Assembly (NCBI RefSeq): GCF_009914755.1
Contig: NC_060927.1
Source of the DNA: the human T2T-CHM13v2.0 reference genome, Homo sapiens
Strand: one strand, 5' to 3'
Length of the DNA: 64,000 nucleotides
The notes under the pieces were generated by a model. The model searched no databases. It worked only from the letters and a program-made list of their open reading frames with translations, and was not told the origin of the DNA. Position numbers and translations under genes: made by a program. Below are positions 28,160 through 41,678 of this stretch, piece after piece. Numbering within the stretch: the stretch's first letter is position 1; each line of letters begins with the position of its first letter.

Positions 28160-31100
28160 TTGAATACAAAAATATCTAGAATTTAAGAAGACAAAATTAC
28201 AGTATCTGACACCTAGATAAAAACTAGCAGGTATGCAAAAAGCAAAAAAATATATTATAAAATAAAGAGATAAATTAATCACTCAAAGCCAACCCAGGAC
28301 TGAAACAGATGTTAGAATTAGCAAATAAGAACATTAATAGAGTTATTATAACTTGATTCCATATTTTCATAAAAACTACAATTTCTGAGATGAAAAGTAC
28401 ACAGGTTGAGACTAATGGCAGGTTAGATTTTTAAAAAGTAAAATATTACTGAGCCTGAAGACATAGCAATAGAAATTATCAAAAAACAAGAAATAAAGAG
28501 CATAGACATTTTTTAAACCAAATATCAGCAAGTCATTTGAAAGCTTTTAGGAAGTTTCTGATGAAAAGGGGATGTATACAGAAACAACAGAAAAAATACT
28601 TGAAAAAATAATGACCAAATTTTTTCAAATTTAAATAAAACTATAAACTTAGTTTCAATAAAATCAGTAAACCAAAGAATCAAAAAATAACATCAAAAGA
28701 ACCCAGCAAAAAGCATCATAATCAAATTGTTGAAAATCAGTGAAAATGGGGAAATCCTAAAAGCAGTGAGAGAAAAAAAGACTTGTTACACACAGAGGAA
28801 CAAAGATAAGGAAGACAGCAGATTACCTGTTGGAAACAATGCAATCAAAAAGACAGTGGAACAACAAATTTAAATCACAGAAACACTGTAAATTTAGAAT
28901 CCTATACTCAGTGCAAATATATTTCAAAAAAGAAAATGAAATAAAAATATGTTTGGATATACAAAAAAAAATTTATCATTAGTCAACAGGGACTATAATA
29001 AGTTTTAAAGAAAGTCTTTAAGGCAGAAGAAAAATAATATCAGATATAAATATAAATAAATAATTAAATAAATAAATTTATATACACATATATATACCAA
29101 ATAAAAATATGATATAAAATACAAATATATATACGAAATAAAAATATGTATCTACACAAAGAATAAGAGCATTAGAAATGGTAACTAAATGGGTAGTTAT
29201 GTAAGATATTCTTTTAGCTAAGTATCCTTAAACATAATAGCTTAAACAAAAGAAATGTGTGAGGTTTATAATATATGTAAAATTAAAATATATGCTAACA
29301 ATAGCACAAAGATGAGGGGACAAGGAATGAAAGTATGTTTCTATAAGGTTATACTATACCTGAAATGGAACTGTATTATTTAAAGGTAGAATGTAGTAAG
29401 TTAAAGATGCATACCATAAACTAAGAAAAAATATCAATGGAACACAAAAAATAGTTACAGATAATAAACCAAAAAAGGTGATAAAAGGGATTCATTAAAA
29501 ATATTCAATTAATCCAAAAGTAGGCAGAAAAAAAGGGTAAGGGATGGCTTAGTCTGTTTTGTGTTGCTATAAAAGGATACTTGCTATTGAGTCATTTATT
29601 TTTTAAAAATAGGCTTATATAGCTGGTGGTTCTGCAAGCTAAGAAGTTCAAGGGTATGTCCCTGGCCTCTGCTGAGAGCTTTTGTGTTGCATCATAACAT
29701 GGCAAAGAAGGTCAAAGGGGAAGTGGACACCTGAAGAGAGAGAAAAAACTGAGGGACATCCTGGGTTTGTGACATCACTCTCCCAGGAACTAATCCATTC
29801 CCAAGAGAACTAACACAGTCTCAAGAGAGTGAGAACTCACTCACAGCCATGAGAACAATACCAAGCCATTCATGAGGGATCTGTCCCCATAACTGAACAC
29901 CTCCCACTAGGCTCCACCTCTTAATGCCACCACATTAAGGATCAAATTTCAACATGAGTTTTGGTGGAGACAAACTATATTGAGAAACCATAGCAAGGGG
30001 GAACAAAGACAATATGGGATAAATAGGAAACAAAAGGCAAGATAACAGTTTAAACTTAAGCATATCAATAATAACATTAAATGTAAGTGTTACTCTTACA
30101 TTTAATGTTACACCCTAATTAAAAAGCTGACAATTTCAAATTGGTCAAAAATGCAAGACACAACCATATGCTACCTACAATAAACACACTTGTAATATAA
30201 AGACACAAATATGTTAATATTAAAAGAATGAAAAAGATATGACATGCTAGCCTTAATCAAAAGAAACATATGATGGCTTTATTAATATTAGACAGAGAAG
30301 GTAAATGTTAGAGAAAAGAAAAGTATTGTGGACAGCAAATGTCATTTCATCATAATAAAGGGGTCATTCATCAAGATCATAAAACAATCCTAAATGTTTA
30401 TAAACCTTATAAGTAAGCTTCAAAAAACATGAAGCAAAAGTTTTTTACAACCGTGAGACAAACAAATCAATCCACAAATATAATCATAGACTTCAATATT
30501 TTAAAATAACGGATAAAACAAGTAGACAGAAAATTAGTAAGGATATAGACTTAAATAACATTATCAATCAATTTTACCTAAATGGTCTTCATATTTACAT
30601 TTATAAAGCACCCAATAAATGAAGTATGAATCAACATCCTCCTTTTGTTGTTTTGGCATCCAAGTGTCCAATTATTCCAGTGCCACTTGTTTAAGTGACT
30701 ATTCTTTATACCCTGAATTGCATTTGCATTTTGCATCATATGCAAAACTTAACTTAAACTGTATCATAAATCTAGATGTGAAACTTAAAACTATGAAACT
30801 TCTAGAATAAAACAGAAGAGAAAGCCTTTGTCACTGGGTTAAATAAGAATTGTATATATATAACATCCAAAGCACATGTTATAAAAGAACAAAAAGATAA
30901 ATTAGACTTCACCTAAATAATAAAAAAGTCAGCTTTTCAAATAAAAAGAGAATGAAAAGACATACCACAGACTGAGAGAAAATATTTGAAAATTACATAT
31001 ATAATAAAGAACACGTCTCCAAAATACATAAAGAACTCTCAACATTCAGAAATTTTAAAAAAAAACTGATTTTAAAACTAGGCAAAGATTTCTAAACTAT

Positions 31101-31870
31101 TTCCAAAGAAAATGTATGGATGGCAAATAAGCACACAGGATATGTAATATCACTGGTTATTAGGGAAACATAAGTTAAAATTATGAGATGCCGCTATACA
31201 CCTGGCAAGACAGGTAACATTTTAAATATCGACCATACTCAGTGCTGATGAGAACATGAAATAAGTTGGAACTCTCACGGTCAGAATGTAAAATGGTACA
31301 ACCACTTTGGAAATCAGTGTGGCAGTTCTTTTTAAAGTTAAACATATACCTACCATATGCTCCAGCCACTCCACTCCTAGTATTTACCCAAGATAAATGA
31401 AAGCTTATGCTCACACAAAGATTTATATGTGGATGTTTATAGTGGCCTTATGTATAAAAATTGGCAACAAGCCAAATGCCCATCAACATATATCAATAGA
31501 TAAGCAAGTCATGGTACATCTACACAATAGAATACAACAGTAATAAAAAGTAATGAACTACTGTTATACACTAAATGTGAATAAACCTCACAATAATCAC
31601 TTTGAAAGAAAGCAATCCAAAAAGAGGAGGGCATGATGTATAATTTCGTTTACATAAAATTCTAGGAAATAAAAAGTAGCTTATAGTGCCAGAAAGCAGA
31701 CCAGTGATTGCTGGGGATAGGGTCAGGGCAGATGGGGGGAAGAATTATGAAAGGAGCAAGGAAACTTTTGTAGGTCATGTGCATGTTCATTATCTTTATT
31801 TTGGTTATCATTTCACATGTATATAACATTGTACTTTTTAAATGCATGCATTGTATTATACGCCATCCTA
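28160..31870 (+). mobile_element. Old L1M (MC/MD-type): ORF1 and EN remnants, internal gap with a short inversion, and 3' end; interrupted by MST
   Basis: A-rich ORF1-like text (CATCATAATCAAATTGTTGAAAATCAGTG), EN start (ATATCAATAATAACATTAAATGTAA), ORF2 end (CCAGCCACTCCACTCCTAGTATTTACCCAAG), A-rich tail to about 31955. Confidence 0.75.
29545..29995 (-). mobile_element. MSTB-type MaLR solo LTR
   Basis: CTTAGTCTGTTTTGTGTTGCTATAA...CAAGCCATTCATGAGGGATCTG...AAACCATAGCA; TSD AGGGA/AGGGG. Confidence 0.85.
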
Positions 31871-32199
31871 TTTTAATTTGTTTGCTTTAAAAACAAAACA
31901 AACAAAAACAGTACAACAACAAAAACAAAAAAGACCAGAAAAAAAAAAAAAAAAAGGCTGGGAGATGTGAAAAAGGACCCAAACTACAATGTAAGGGTGT
32001 GAACAAGGATAAAGGAGAAGTTAGGTAAATTGGGTATTTAGGAGACAGTATAGTGTCGTCTATTTTCTATAATTACAGATTTAAAATAAGTTGAAAGTTT
32101 TTGCAAGAGATTTTAAAACAATTCAAAGTATCACAAAACAGCACCAAGCAAATTTCATTTCAAATGTTGACACTCACTAGCTGTTGGATCTGGGGGACA

Positions 32200-32699
32200 T
32201 CAAGAGTTTGTTATACTACAAATAACAGCAGCTCACCTCAATAAATGAAATGAATTGGCTCAAACAATGGAAAAGTCAGATTACTCTGGCCTCAGGCATA
32301 GCAAGATTAAGATCTCATCATTAGGGTCAAGGTCATTACCTCAGTTTCTCTCAACCGTGACTCAGCCTCCATGTTCTCCCCTGGCCATGACCAGGCAGCT
32401 GCCACCCTCCCACCCCACCTTCCTTAAAACCAGTGGAAAGATAGAACATGTTCTTCAATTGTTTCAAAGAAAAGCCTCTGATCCTTCTGATTGGACTGGC
32501 TTAGTTCCCACATTCACCCCTGAACCTATCTCTGTGGATAAGAAAATGAGATGCACTGATGAGATTAAAATCTGTGTCCCATACACACTTCCTTCATGAA
32601 GTTGAAGTGGAATTCTATCCACAGTGTGCAGGAGGAATTGGTCTGCAGTCAAATATTAAGAGCTGTTTCTAGAAGAAAAAAGTATGACTTCTGGGGAGA
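32200..32699 (-). mobile_element. MLT1K/L-type LTR
   Basis: CTGATTGGACTGGCTTAG...CCCCTGAACCTATCTCTGTGG...GATGCACTGAT. Confidence 0.55.
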
Positions 32700-33063
32700 T
32701 GCTATGGTCCAAATCTTTGTGTCCCACCAAAATTCATATGTTGAAATTCTAATGCCCAAGGTGATGGTGTTAGAAAGTGGAGCCTTTGGGAGGTGATTAG
32801 ATTATGAGGGCAAAGCCTTCATGATTGAGATTAGTGTCCTTACAAAACAGACGCCAGAAAGCTAGCTAATCCCTTCCACTATGTGAGGTCACGGGGAGAA
32901 GGCACCATCTGTGAACCAAAAAGTGGCCTTCACCAGACACCCAATCTGATAGTGCCTTGATCTTGGACTTCCAGCCCCCAGGACTGTGAGAAATAAATGT
33001 CTGTGGCTTATAAGCCACCCAGCTTATGATATTCTGTTAGAGCACCCTGAATGGTCTAAGACA
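32700..33063 (+). mobile_element. MLT1A-type MaLR solo LTR
   Basis: TGCTATGGTCC...AAATTCATATGTTGAAATTCTAA...GGTCTAAGACA; TSD GGAGA/GGAGG. Confidence 0.9.
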
Positions 33064-33120
33064 GGAGGTAAACACCAAATTCCACTAGGAAAATCAAGTC
33101 CAGTTTTTGGCATATGATAG

Positions 33121-33548
33121 TGTATCCAGAGTTTGTTCTTTCTGGTGGGTTTGTGGTCTCACTGACTTCAGGAATGAAGCCACAGACCTTCACAGTGAGT
33201 GTTACAGCTCTTAAAGGTGGTGTGGACCCAAAGAGTGAGCAGCAGCAAGATGTATTGTGGAAAACAAAAGGACAAAACTTCCAGAGCATGGAAACGGACC
33301 CAAGTGGGTTGCCACTGCTGGCTGAGGTGGCCAGCTTTTATTCCCATATTTGTCCCCGCCCATGTCCTGCTGTTGGTCCATTTTACAGAGTGCTGATTGG
33401 TCCATTTTACAAACCTATAGCTAGTTACAGAGTGCTGATTGGTGCATTTTTACAGAGCATTGATTGGTGCATTTTACAAACCTCTTGTAAGACAGAAAAG
33501 TTCTCCAAGTCCCCACCCAACCCAGAAGTCCAACTGGCTTTACTCTCA
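33121..33548 (-). mobile_element. LTR12-family (ERV9; LTR12F-like) solo LTR
   Basis: TGTATCCAGAG...GTGAGTGTTACAGCTCTTAAAGGTGG; tandem GTGCTGATTGGT(C/G)CATTTTAC CCAAT-box repeats; 4-bp TSD ATAG/ATAA. Confidence 0.9.
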
Positions 33549-33789
33549 ATAAGTGTTCAGGAAACAATACCTTCAACTTTACTTTCAGATCAGAAAGAAG
33601 CTACTGATATTATATAATGTAATTGTGGACATATAAACCAATAAAGCAGAAAGAGTTTATCCAGTTTTTCATCAGGAAATTAGATCAGACCAAACAAGAA
33701 ATACTGTTCAAACGGTATACATCAGGTTATAATCTTTAAAGGAAATTTTAAGAAAGCCGAGGCTAGGAGATGTACTGGCCACCTGCTCT

Positions 33790-34320
33790 TTTGTAGGATG
33801 TCCATAACCCCTTTTCCTGGTCATAGAACCCATCTCTTCTTTTACTTTCAACTAATATGATTTTTGAATCTGACCCCATGCACCCCCCCAACTCCAGGGA
33901 TGGCCATATAGTTCAAACCTGACCAATGAGAACACACATATCCCAGCCTACACAATTATTTCTGGAGAGGCACACAACCTGCCTAACCCAATTAGAGAAA
34001 ACCAAAGCCTTTTGCTAGATGTACTGAAAATAAGATATGTTCCTCCTGATGGGATTACTATGGTGGTGGCATAGTCTGCTTCCTATGTAAGCACAGTGCT
34101 GCTGATGATGACTTTTGTCACCCTTTGGGAGGGTTTGACTGAGAAAATGACAACACAGAGAAAAGCAAAGCTCAAAAAGAGAGAGAGATTTTTCAGTGGT
34201 CATATTTGAGTCCCTGGATCCAGCCATACCTGAATGCAGTGGTACCCCTAGATTTTCTAGTTAAGTCACCCAATAAATTCCTGTTTTGCTTAAGTCAGTC
34301 TTAGCTTGTCAGTAGGAACC
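33790..34320 (+). mobile_element. MLT1K/J-type LTR
   Basis: CCCTGGATCCAGCCATACCTGAA...CCAATAAATTCCTGTTTTGCTTAAG. Confidence 0.65.
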
Positions 34321-34749
34321 ATGTCTGTTCAGTCACAGTATTCCTAGCTCCCACACAGCTAGTTCAGTCCAAGACCCTGGTAAGGCTTAAGGTCATAGGG
34401 GAGGGTGGACAACAGATTCACATTTTGAGGATCAAGCTTGAGATTTTTTCCTCCTGTATTATCTACTCCCTGCATGTTCAGTTCAAGTTGAATTGTCTTG
34501 ACTGCCAGGTTATTTGGGCTTTGTCATTATTCAATTTATAGCTGCGTCAGTGGAGAATTTGGAAGGAGTAAGCATAAGTTGATTCTATTTGCTGTAATGC
34601 CAGAGCTTAGCCAGATTCAATGATCTTCCAGGAGATGAATCTACAGCTGGGTCAGGATGAGGGTGAGCACAAGTGGGGAGTGTGTGGGAACAGAAAGTAA
34701 GGGTTAATTAAGCCAAGTGCAAGAGAGTAAGGAGAGGCACCTGGATGTT

Positions 34750-35047
34750 GTGGAAAGATCACTGGACTGGGGACACCCAGACCCAGGTCTGGGTTCTGGT
34801 TCTAATGTGTCCTACCTTGAGCAAGCTTCTTCCCTTCCTGATTTTTTCATTTCTCCTTCTATAAAATGAACATGAGAATATCTACGTTCAAGAGTGGAAA
34901 GATCACTGGACTGGGGACACTGAGGCCCAGATTTGGGTTCTGGTCCTAATCCTGCTCTACCTTGGGCAAGCTTCTTCCCTTCCTGATTTTTCCACTTCTC
35001 CCTCTATAGAGTGAACACAAGAATATCTGCCAGGCCTACATTCAAGG
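34750..35047 (+). repeat. Diverged tandem duplication (period 144 bp) of a MIR-derived segment
   Basis: GTGGAAAGATCACTGGACTGGGGACAC starts at both 34750 and 34894; both units carry CTACCTTG(A/G)GCAAGCTTCTTCCCTTCCTGATTTTT. Confidence 0.9.
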
Positions 35048-35479
35048 GTGACCAGAAAAAGCAAATGAAATAACACGTGAGCAAGAGTCCCACAAATGGC
35101 ATGGATATTCTTGTTATTGCATCTAGTGCTTCCATGAAGAAGATATTGGACATGCCCAGGCATCTCAGAATTCAGGTGCCCCTCCCCGGAGCCTCCCATG
35201 AATTATAAATTTTCCAGGTGGGGTCACTCTTCCTCTGTCCCCCTATTCTTCCTGCAATAGGCAGGCATGATCAATTGGGAAAAGCAAGAGAGATGGGCCC
35301 AAACAGACCCGAGTTCAAGGCTGCCTCCACTACTTTCCATCTGTGTGATCTTGGGCAGGTGAGTTGAGGACTCACCTCTGGGGACAATGAGGTAGTGGGG
35401 GAGGGAGATAGGAAGGGAAAGAAACTGACAGGTAATAAGGACATAGTAAGCACCAAATGTGTTGTGAATGTTAACTGCT

Positions 35480-35930
35480 TTAATCCCCAAATGACTCTGT
35501 AAGGCAGGCATCATGTTCCTTGTTACACAGGTAAGAAAATGAACTCAGAAGATGAAGTCACTGGCCTGCTATCACATGGCTCATGAATGGGAAGACAGAT
35601 AGGATTTTAGTCCTGGCTTGAATGAGTCCAGAGCATAACTTTTTCATGGCTTCTGCTGGAATAAATAAATTTAATAACAGTAACAATAATATTTCTATTA
35701 AATAATAGGAAAAGGAGTAAACATTATTGAGCACTCACTTTGGGCTAAGGGCTTTAACACAGTATCTCATTTAATCCAGTTGACATGCTTTGGAGATAGA
35801 TTTACAGATGAGGAAACTGAGGCCCTGAAAGTTTAAGTTACTACTAGAGGCCACAGAGCTGGCAAGTGGCCAAGGCAGGGTTTGAACTTGGGCAGTATGA
35901 CAAAAGAGCTTGTTACTTACTAACCACTAT
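35480..35930 (-). mobile_element. Two MIR copies (about 35480-35650 and 35715-35930)
   Basis: TTTACAGATGAGGAAACTGAGGC core in the second copy; degenerate core in the first. Confidence 0.7.
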
Positions 35931-36989
35931 ACGATATTGCCTCTTTGTAACAACATTTGGGGAAATGCAAAGTCAGGTTCCCAGTTCACATGGAAGTGCT
36001 TCCAGCCTGAGCTTGATGGGGTGGGGGCTCTAAGGCTCCTCACAACTCTGAGATCTAAAGCGCCTCCCTTAGACCTTTCTCACTCAAACCTCAAGCTCCC
36101 ACATGCTCTATGCTGTCACTCTGTCCCTGTCGTGTGTCAGGGAGGATGCCCATTCACCAGGCCTTCTGTGCTGTATGTCTTGTGTGACTTCCCTCTGCCT
36201 CCATGGTCATATGCATGTGCTTACATCCATTAGTAGTGCCACCACCTAATAGAAGCTCTTCAGGGCCCTGGGGAGTCCAACCTCCTCCATGAGGCCTGCC
36301 TGCCTCTCTCTTCCATCCCCTCCTCCCTTCCTCCCTCCCTCATCCTCCTCCCCAAGCATTTATCTCACATCAGTGAGTCTGAGAAGCCAGAACCAAGCCA
36401 GGGTACTCCAGGACTATCCCCTTTTCCCATAGTTTCCAGGAGTACTTCTTTGAGACCTTCCAAGGTCCAGAAGGGACTGGCAAGGCCATCTCGAAAGCCA
36501 CTCTCCAGTTCCTTCTACCTCCAAATGTCCATCATGGCGGGCTGCTCCCTGTGACTCCAGGACCCTGGTACTCAGCCCACATGCCCAGTGCCCAGGTATG
36601 TGTTGTTAGCTGAAACCTGATTTCATTGCCCAAGCAACCCTGTGAGGTAGATGTGATTACCTCCCCAATATCTCAGTGAGAAGAGCTAGAGTCACAAAAC
36701 ATATTCAAAGTCACTCAGCAAGGGGTATGGTCTGGCTTTTCTCCTGCTGCCCCACTTTGGGTTCCATATTGGCTCCTTGACAAAGACCACATGGTAAAGA
36801 GAAAGAAACTTATCCTCTGGTGGGGCAGGAGACCCAGGAACTTGCCAAGTCAACTGTCTTCTCAAGAGGAAACCTGCCAAGTCACCATCTGTAAGTAGCG
36901 GCTTCGGGTTGAATAATATTAATAACGATATTACTAGCAGCCTCTTTTTCCTAAGTCCTTAGGCACTATAGGGTGGATTGGGCTGCTTG

Positions 36990-37400
36990 GGAACACGTGA
37001 TCTAGATTCAAATCCTGGCTCCACCACTTACTCATGAATGACCTGGGCAAGTTATTTTTCTCAATTTCTTTATCTGCAAAATGGAGATAATAATAATCCC
37101 TACCTCAAACTTTCCCTGCCAATTTAGTTAGTATGGATAAAAGCACTTACAACTGCATTTGAATTTAGATTTAGTTGCTGTGCTGTCTTTATAACCTTTG
37201 CCTTAATTATCTTATTTAATGCTCTCAACAACCCTCTAAAATAGAGGCTATGATGTTCATTTTACAGAAGAGAAAACTGAGACTTAACAAGACTAATTAA
37301 CTGGCCCAAGACCACACAGAAAATTAAGTATACAGCTGGGATTTGAACTCAGGTCTGCCTGGCTCTGATGTCTGGGTTCTTATATCTCGGCTATACATCC
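36990..37400. mobile_element. Oppositely oriented MIR pair (+ about 36990-37170, - about 37190-37400)
   Basis: TTCAAATCCTGGCTCCACCACTTAC...TCTGCAAAATGGAGATAATAAT, then TTTTACAGAAGAGAAAACTGAGAC...GGGATTTGAACTCAGG. Confidence 0.75.
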
Positions 37401-37411
37401 TCCCACTGCAT

Positions 37412-37615
37412 CAGGGATTCTCAATCCTTAACACTATTGATATTTAGGGCCAGATAATTCCTTGTGGGGGCTGTCCTGTGCATTGAAGGAGTTTAATAGG
37501 ATCCCTGGGTTCAACCCACAAGCTACCAGTAGCACCCCTACCCCATCGTGACAACCAACAATTTCTTCAGATATTGATAAATGTCCCCAAGGGGCCAAGT
37601 TTTTCAGAAGCACTG
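37412..37615. mobile_element. MER20 (hAT-Charlie)
   Basis: CAGGGATTCTCAA...GCCAGATAATTCCTTGTGGGGGCTGTCCTGTGCATTG...GTGACAACCAA...GCACTG. Confidence 0.85.
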
Positions 37616-37882
37616 CATGAGATGCTCCCGGGGGTCTCTTGAGCTCTAACATTCCACATTTCTACTTCTATTAGAATTTCAATCAGTTGACATCCTATAG
37701 GAGAACAGAGAGTTTGGTGATACTGTTTATACCAAGAAACAGACAAAATCTTGTGGAAACCTTCCCTGGGGCTTACTAACCTCACCGTCACAGGCTTGCC
37801 AACCTCATCCTCATCCTCATCTTCATCTGCACTGGCACCTTCACGGTTATTGAAGAAAGGTGCACACTCTCCAGCAGATGAA

Positions 37883-38050
37883 TTACTGCATTGTATCTTT
37901 TTCATTTTTTGGCATCTTTGAAACCGGCATTTGTCTTACAATCAATGAATGGCATATCAGGATTTGGTTGGCAGCGTCTTGTGTTTCCTAGTTGTTCGTA
38001 AAATAGTGGGGCATCCTATAATCAGCAGAATCCTAAATGCAATGATACAC
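37883..38050. mobile_element. Old TcMar-Tigger-class MITE
   Basis: Internally repeated (G/C)TCTTACAATCA / ATCCTATAATCA motif with degenerate terminal inverted repeats. Confidence 0.45.
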
Positions 38051-39198
38051 AATCTGCAAAGCTCCACATCCCTGTCCCCACTACTGGAAAACACAAATAA
38101 GAAAAAATCACCACCTCTGACTGGTGGTGGTCCCAAAGGCCATCATTTTGTAAGTGGTCACCACATTCAGAATTTTTAAAAAATGCTTTTTCCTCCAAGA
38201 CAGAGGGCACAAGGATTAGAGGCAGAGCACAGGCTACATTTCAGCCTCAGGTGCATTTGTGTAACGCACAACCTCACAACTGTGCATGGCATCCCTGCTG
38301 TCTCTGACCAACTCTGCCTGGCCCCAGAGACTAAGAATTAAAATGCAGTCAAATATCACTGGATTTCACATAGCTTCTCAGAGCCCGAAATAATTTCAAG
38401 CTACAATTTCTTGAAATGGGTTTTATTTTTTTTAAACCCCAACAAAGCAGATTTTTTACAGACTAAAAATGCCAAACAGTTGCCTGCAACTCAAAGGCAA
38501 GTGATTAAACATCCATGATTTAAAAAAAAAAGAAAAGAAAAGAAAAGGTTGCGGGGAGGATTACTCTCTCAACAGCAGACAAATGTAGCAAAACATCTAT
38601 TAATATTGTTCCCTGAAGAAGAATGAGTTAGTATAAAACTGGGAAGGACAACAGCCATGCATCTTTCTCTGTCTTCATAAAATACAGCCTTCCTGAAAAC
38701 TGATGTGATTACTTGTGAAGCCAATGTTTCTCCATTTTTTTTTCTTCTTCAATAGCTGTTTGGGCCTTAATGTGCTTTAAATGTGTAATAAAAATATAAT
38801 GAAAAACATACTTTTATTAAATGTGGCTGCTACAACATACACTATAAAGCCTGAATCCTATAAAGTTGAATTGTATGGCATTTCTTAAACCTGTTCCTTC
38901 TACTTATAGCTGCCCTACAATATTGGTCAGAATTTAGTGCTTCTCTCTCACACCTTTGCCTTGAATTACTATGCTTGAACTTGCAGTTCCCATTTCTGCT
39001 TTTTCCTTTTTCTTCCATCTTACCTCCCACACTATACCCTAATCCCCCTGTTCTTCACACTCTATCCCCCAATATCCCACCACAAAGAAGTACATACTAC
39101 GTGTGACTTGTCAGAAAACCCACACCAAAACCTCACAATTGGGCTCCTGTATCCAAAAACAACCTTTTATATAAAAATGTTAAGCAGTGGAGTTAGAG

Positions 39199-39911
39199 CA
39201 GAGATCAGAAAACTACAAAGAACCAAGCTGACCCTCCTCTGTTTTTATAAATAAAATTTTATTGGAACACAACCATGCTCATTTGTTTGGGTGTTGTCAA
39301 ATGCTGCATTCCTGCTACAAAGGCAGAGTTGAGTAGTTGTAAGGGAGACTTTATGGCCTGTGATCAACTTGATTGGATTAAAGGATGCAAAGTATTGTTC
39401 CTGGGTGTGTCTGTGAGGGTGTTGCCAAAGGAGATTAACATTTGAGTCAGTGGACTGGGAGAGGCAGATCCACCCTCAATCTAGGTGGGCACAATCTAAT
39501 CAGCTGGCAGCTGGGCCAGAATAAAAGCAGGCAGAAGAACATGGAAGAAATAGACTGGCTGAGTCTTCCAGCCTACATCTTTCTCCCATGCTGGATGCTT
39601 CCTGCCCTCAAACATTGGACTCTAAGTTCTTTAGCTTTTGGACTCTTGGTCCTTTGACCACAGACTGAACTATACCACTGTCGGCTTCCCTGCTCTTGAG
39701 GTTTTGGGACTGGCTTTCTTGTTCCCCAGCTTGCAGGCGGCCTGTTATGGGACTTCACCTTGTGATCGTGTGAATCAATACTCCTTAATAAACTCCCTTT
39801 CATATATACATCTATCCTATTAGTCCTGTACCTCTAGAAAACTCTAATACAGCCTGCAAGTTCTAAAACATTTATTATCTAACCCTTTCAGAGAAATTGT
39901 GCCCATCCCTG
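39199..39911 (+). mobile_element. MER58A split by MLT2A2 (pieces 39199-39360 and 39852-39911)
   Basis: MER58A text is continuous across the LTR: GAGACTTTATGGCCTG | CAAGTTCTAAAACATTTATTATCT. Confidence 0.85.
39361..39851 (+). mobile_element. MLT2A2 (ERVL) solo LTR
   Basis: TCAACTTGATTGGATTAAAGGATGCAAAG...CACAGACTGAA...CACTGTCGGCTTCCCT (A2-type extra block)...CTAATACA; TSD GCCTG at 39356-39360 and 39852-39856. Confidence 0.9.
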
Positions 39912-40095
39912 GGTCAAAGCCAGATCTCCAGAGCTGGCATGCCTGGGTTCACAGCCAGCTTTGAGATATCGTGGACCACATTCCTCTCTGGCATGGACTT
40001 TCCTCCCTGGAACATCCATCCAGGGGTGTCCATTGACTGCAGTTGCTCCCAGTTCTCATGCTTTAGAGAACATCAGTGCTTTTCCCATCTCAACC

Positions 40096-41006
<911 letters not shown>

Positions 41007-41194
41007 AACCCACCATAAAAGCCATTGCTGAGGCCTCAGGGGCAGCATATCCTCACGCATCTCCAGGCTACCCACCCAACCTATGCCTGTGTGTTTCCCT
41101 GTCCTCACTGGGACACTTGCCTTCGTGATTTGAGGACATTTGATTAACCCAGTCTAAGGGCTGAAAATAACTTTTCTTCCTTGAAAACAACTGC

Positions 41195-41678
41195 TGTACT
41201 TTGGATTCCCCAAGAAGCAGTCCCTGAGACAAGATTGGAATGATTGAAATGTAAGTAGTTTATTTGGGAGTAATCTCAGAAGATACGGGAAAGTGAGGGG
41301 GAGGTAAAGCAGAGAACGGAAGAAAACCATTTGGTGTGTGATTGAGCAAGTTGGAACGATGGGAAACTGGAGCTTAATTCTGATGAATCTTTGGAAGTCA
41401 GTGTTAGATCACGTCTCCAAGTCATCCCGATTGGAGGTGAACAAGAGCCCTCTGGAGGCTCTATCCACCAATTCCAGTCCATCATTGGTTGAGGAAAGCT
41501 CACAAAGGTGTTCGTTATCTGGCCCTCCCAGCCCACCAGGCATCTTGCTCCAGCAGTCAAGAGAGAACCCTGGATGGAGATGTAGAAATGGCAATTGGTA
41601 GTCAGGCCAGAGTGCACTCAAATGGTAAAGAGGCCAGGGGATATGGGTACCTACAGGATCCAATACCACACTGTGTCA
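41195..41678. mobile_element. ERVL LTR33-like
   Basis: CCCCAAGAAGCAGTCCCTGAGACAAG...AAGTAGTTTATTTGGGAG...TATCCACCAATTCC...CATTGGTTGAGG. Confidence 0.65.

Noticed and set aside
33114-33617. 167-aa ORF
   Set aside because: Lies almost entirely within the LTR12 solo LTR, and its repeated VLIGxF motifs are the CCAAT repeats.
37567-37905. ORF with an acidic DEDEDEDE tract
   Set aside because: Comes from a short (TCATCC)n repeat and runs into MER20; no other coding signal.
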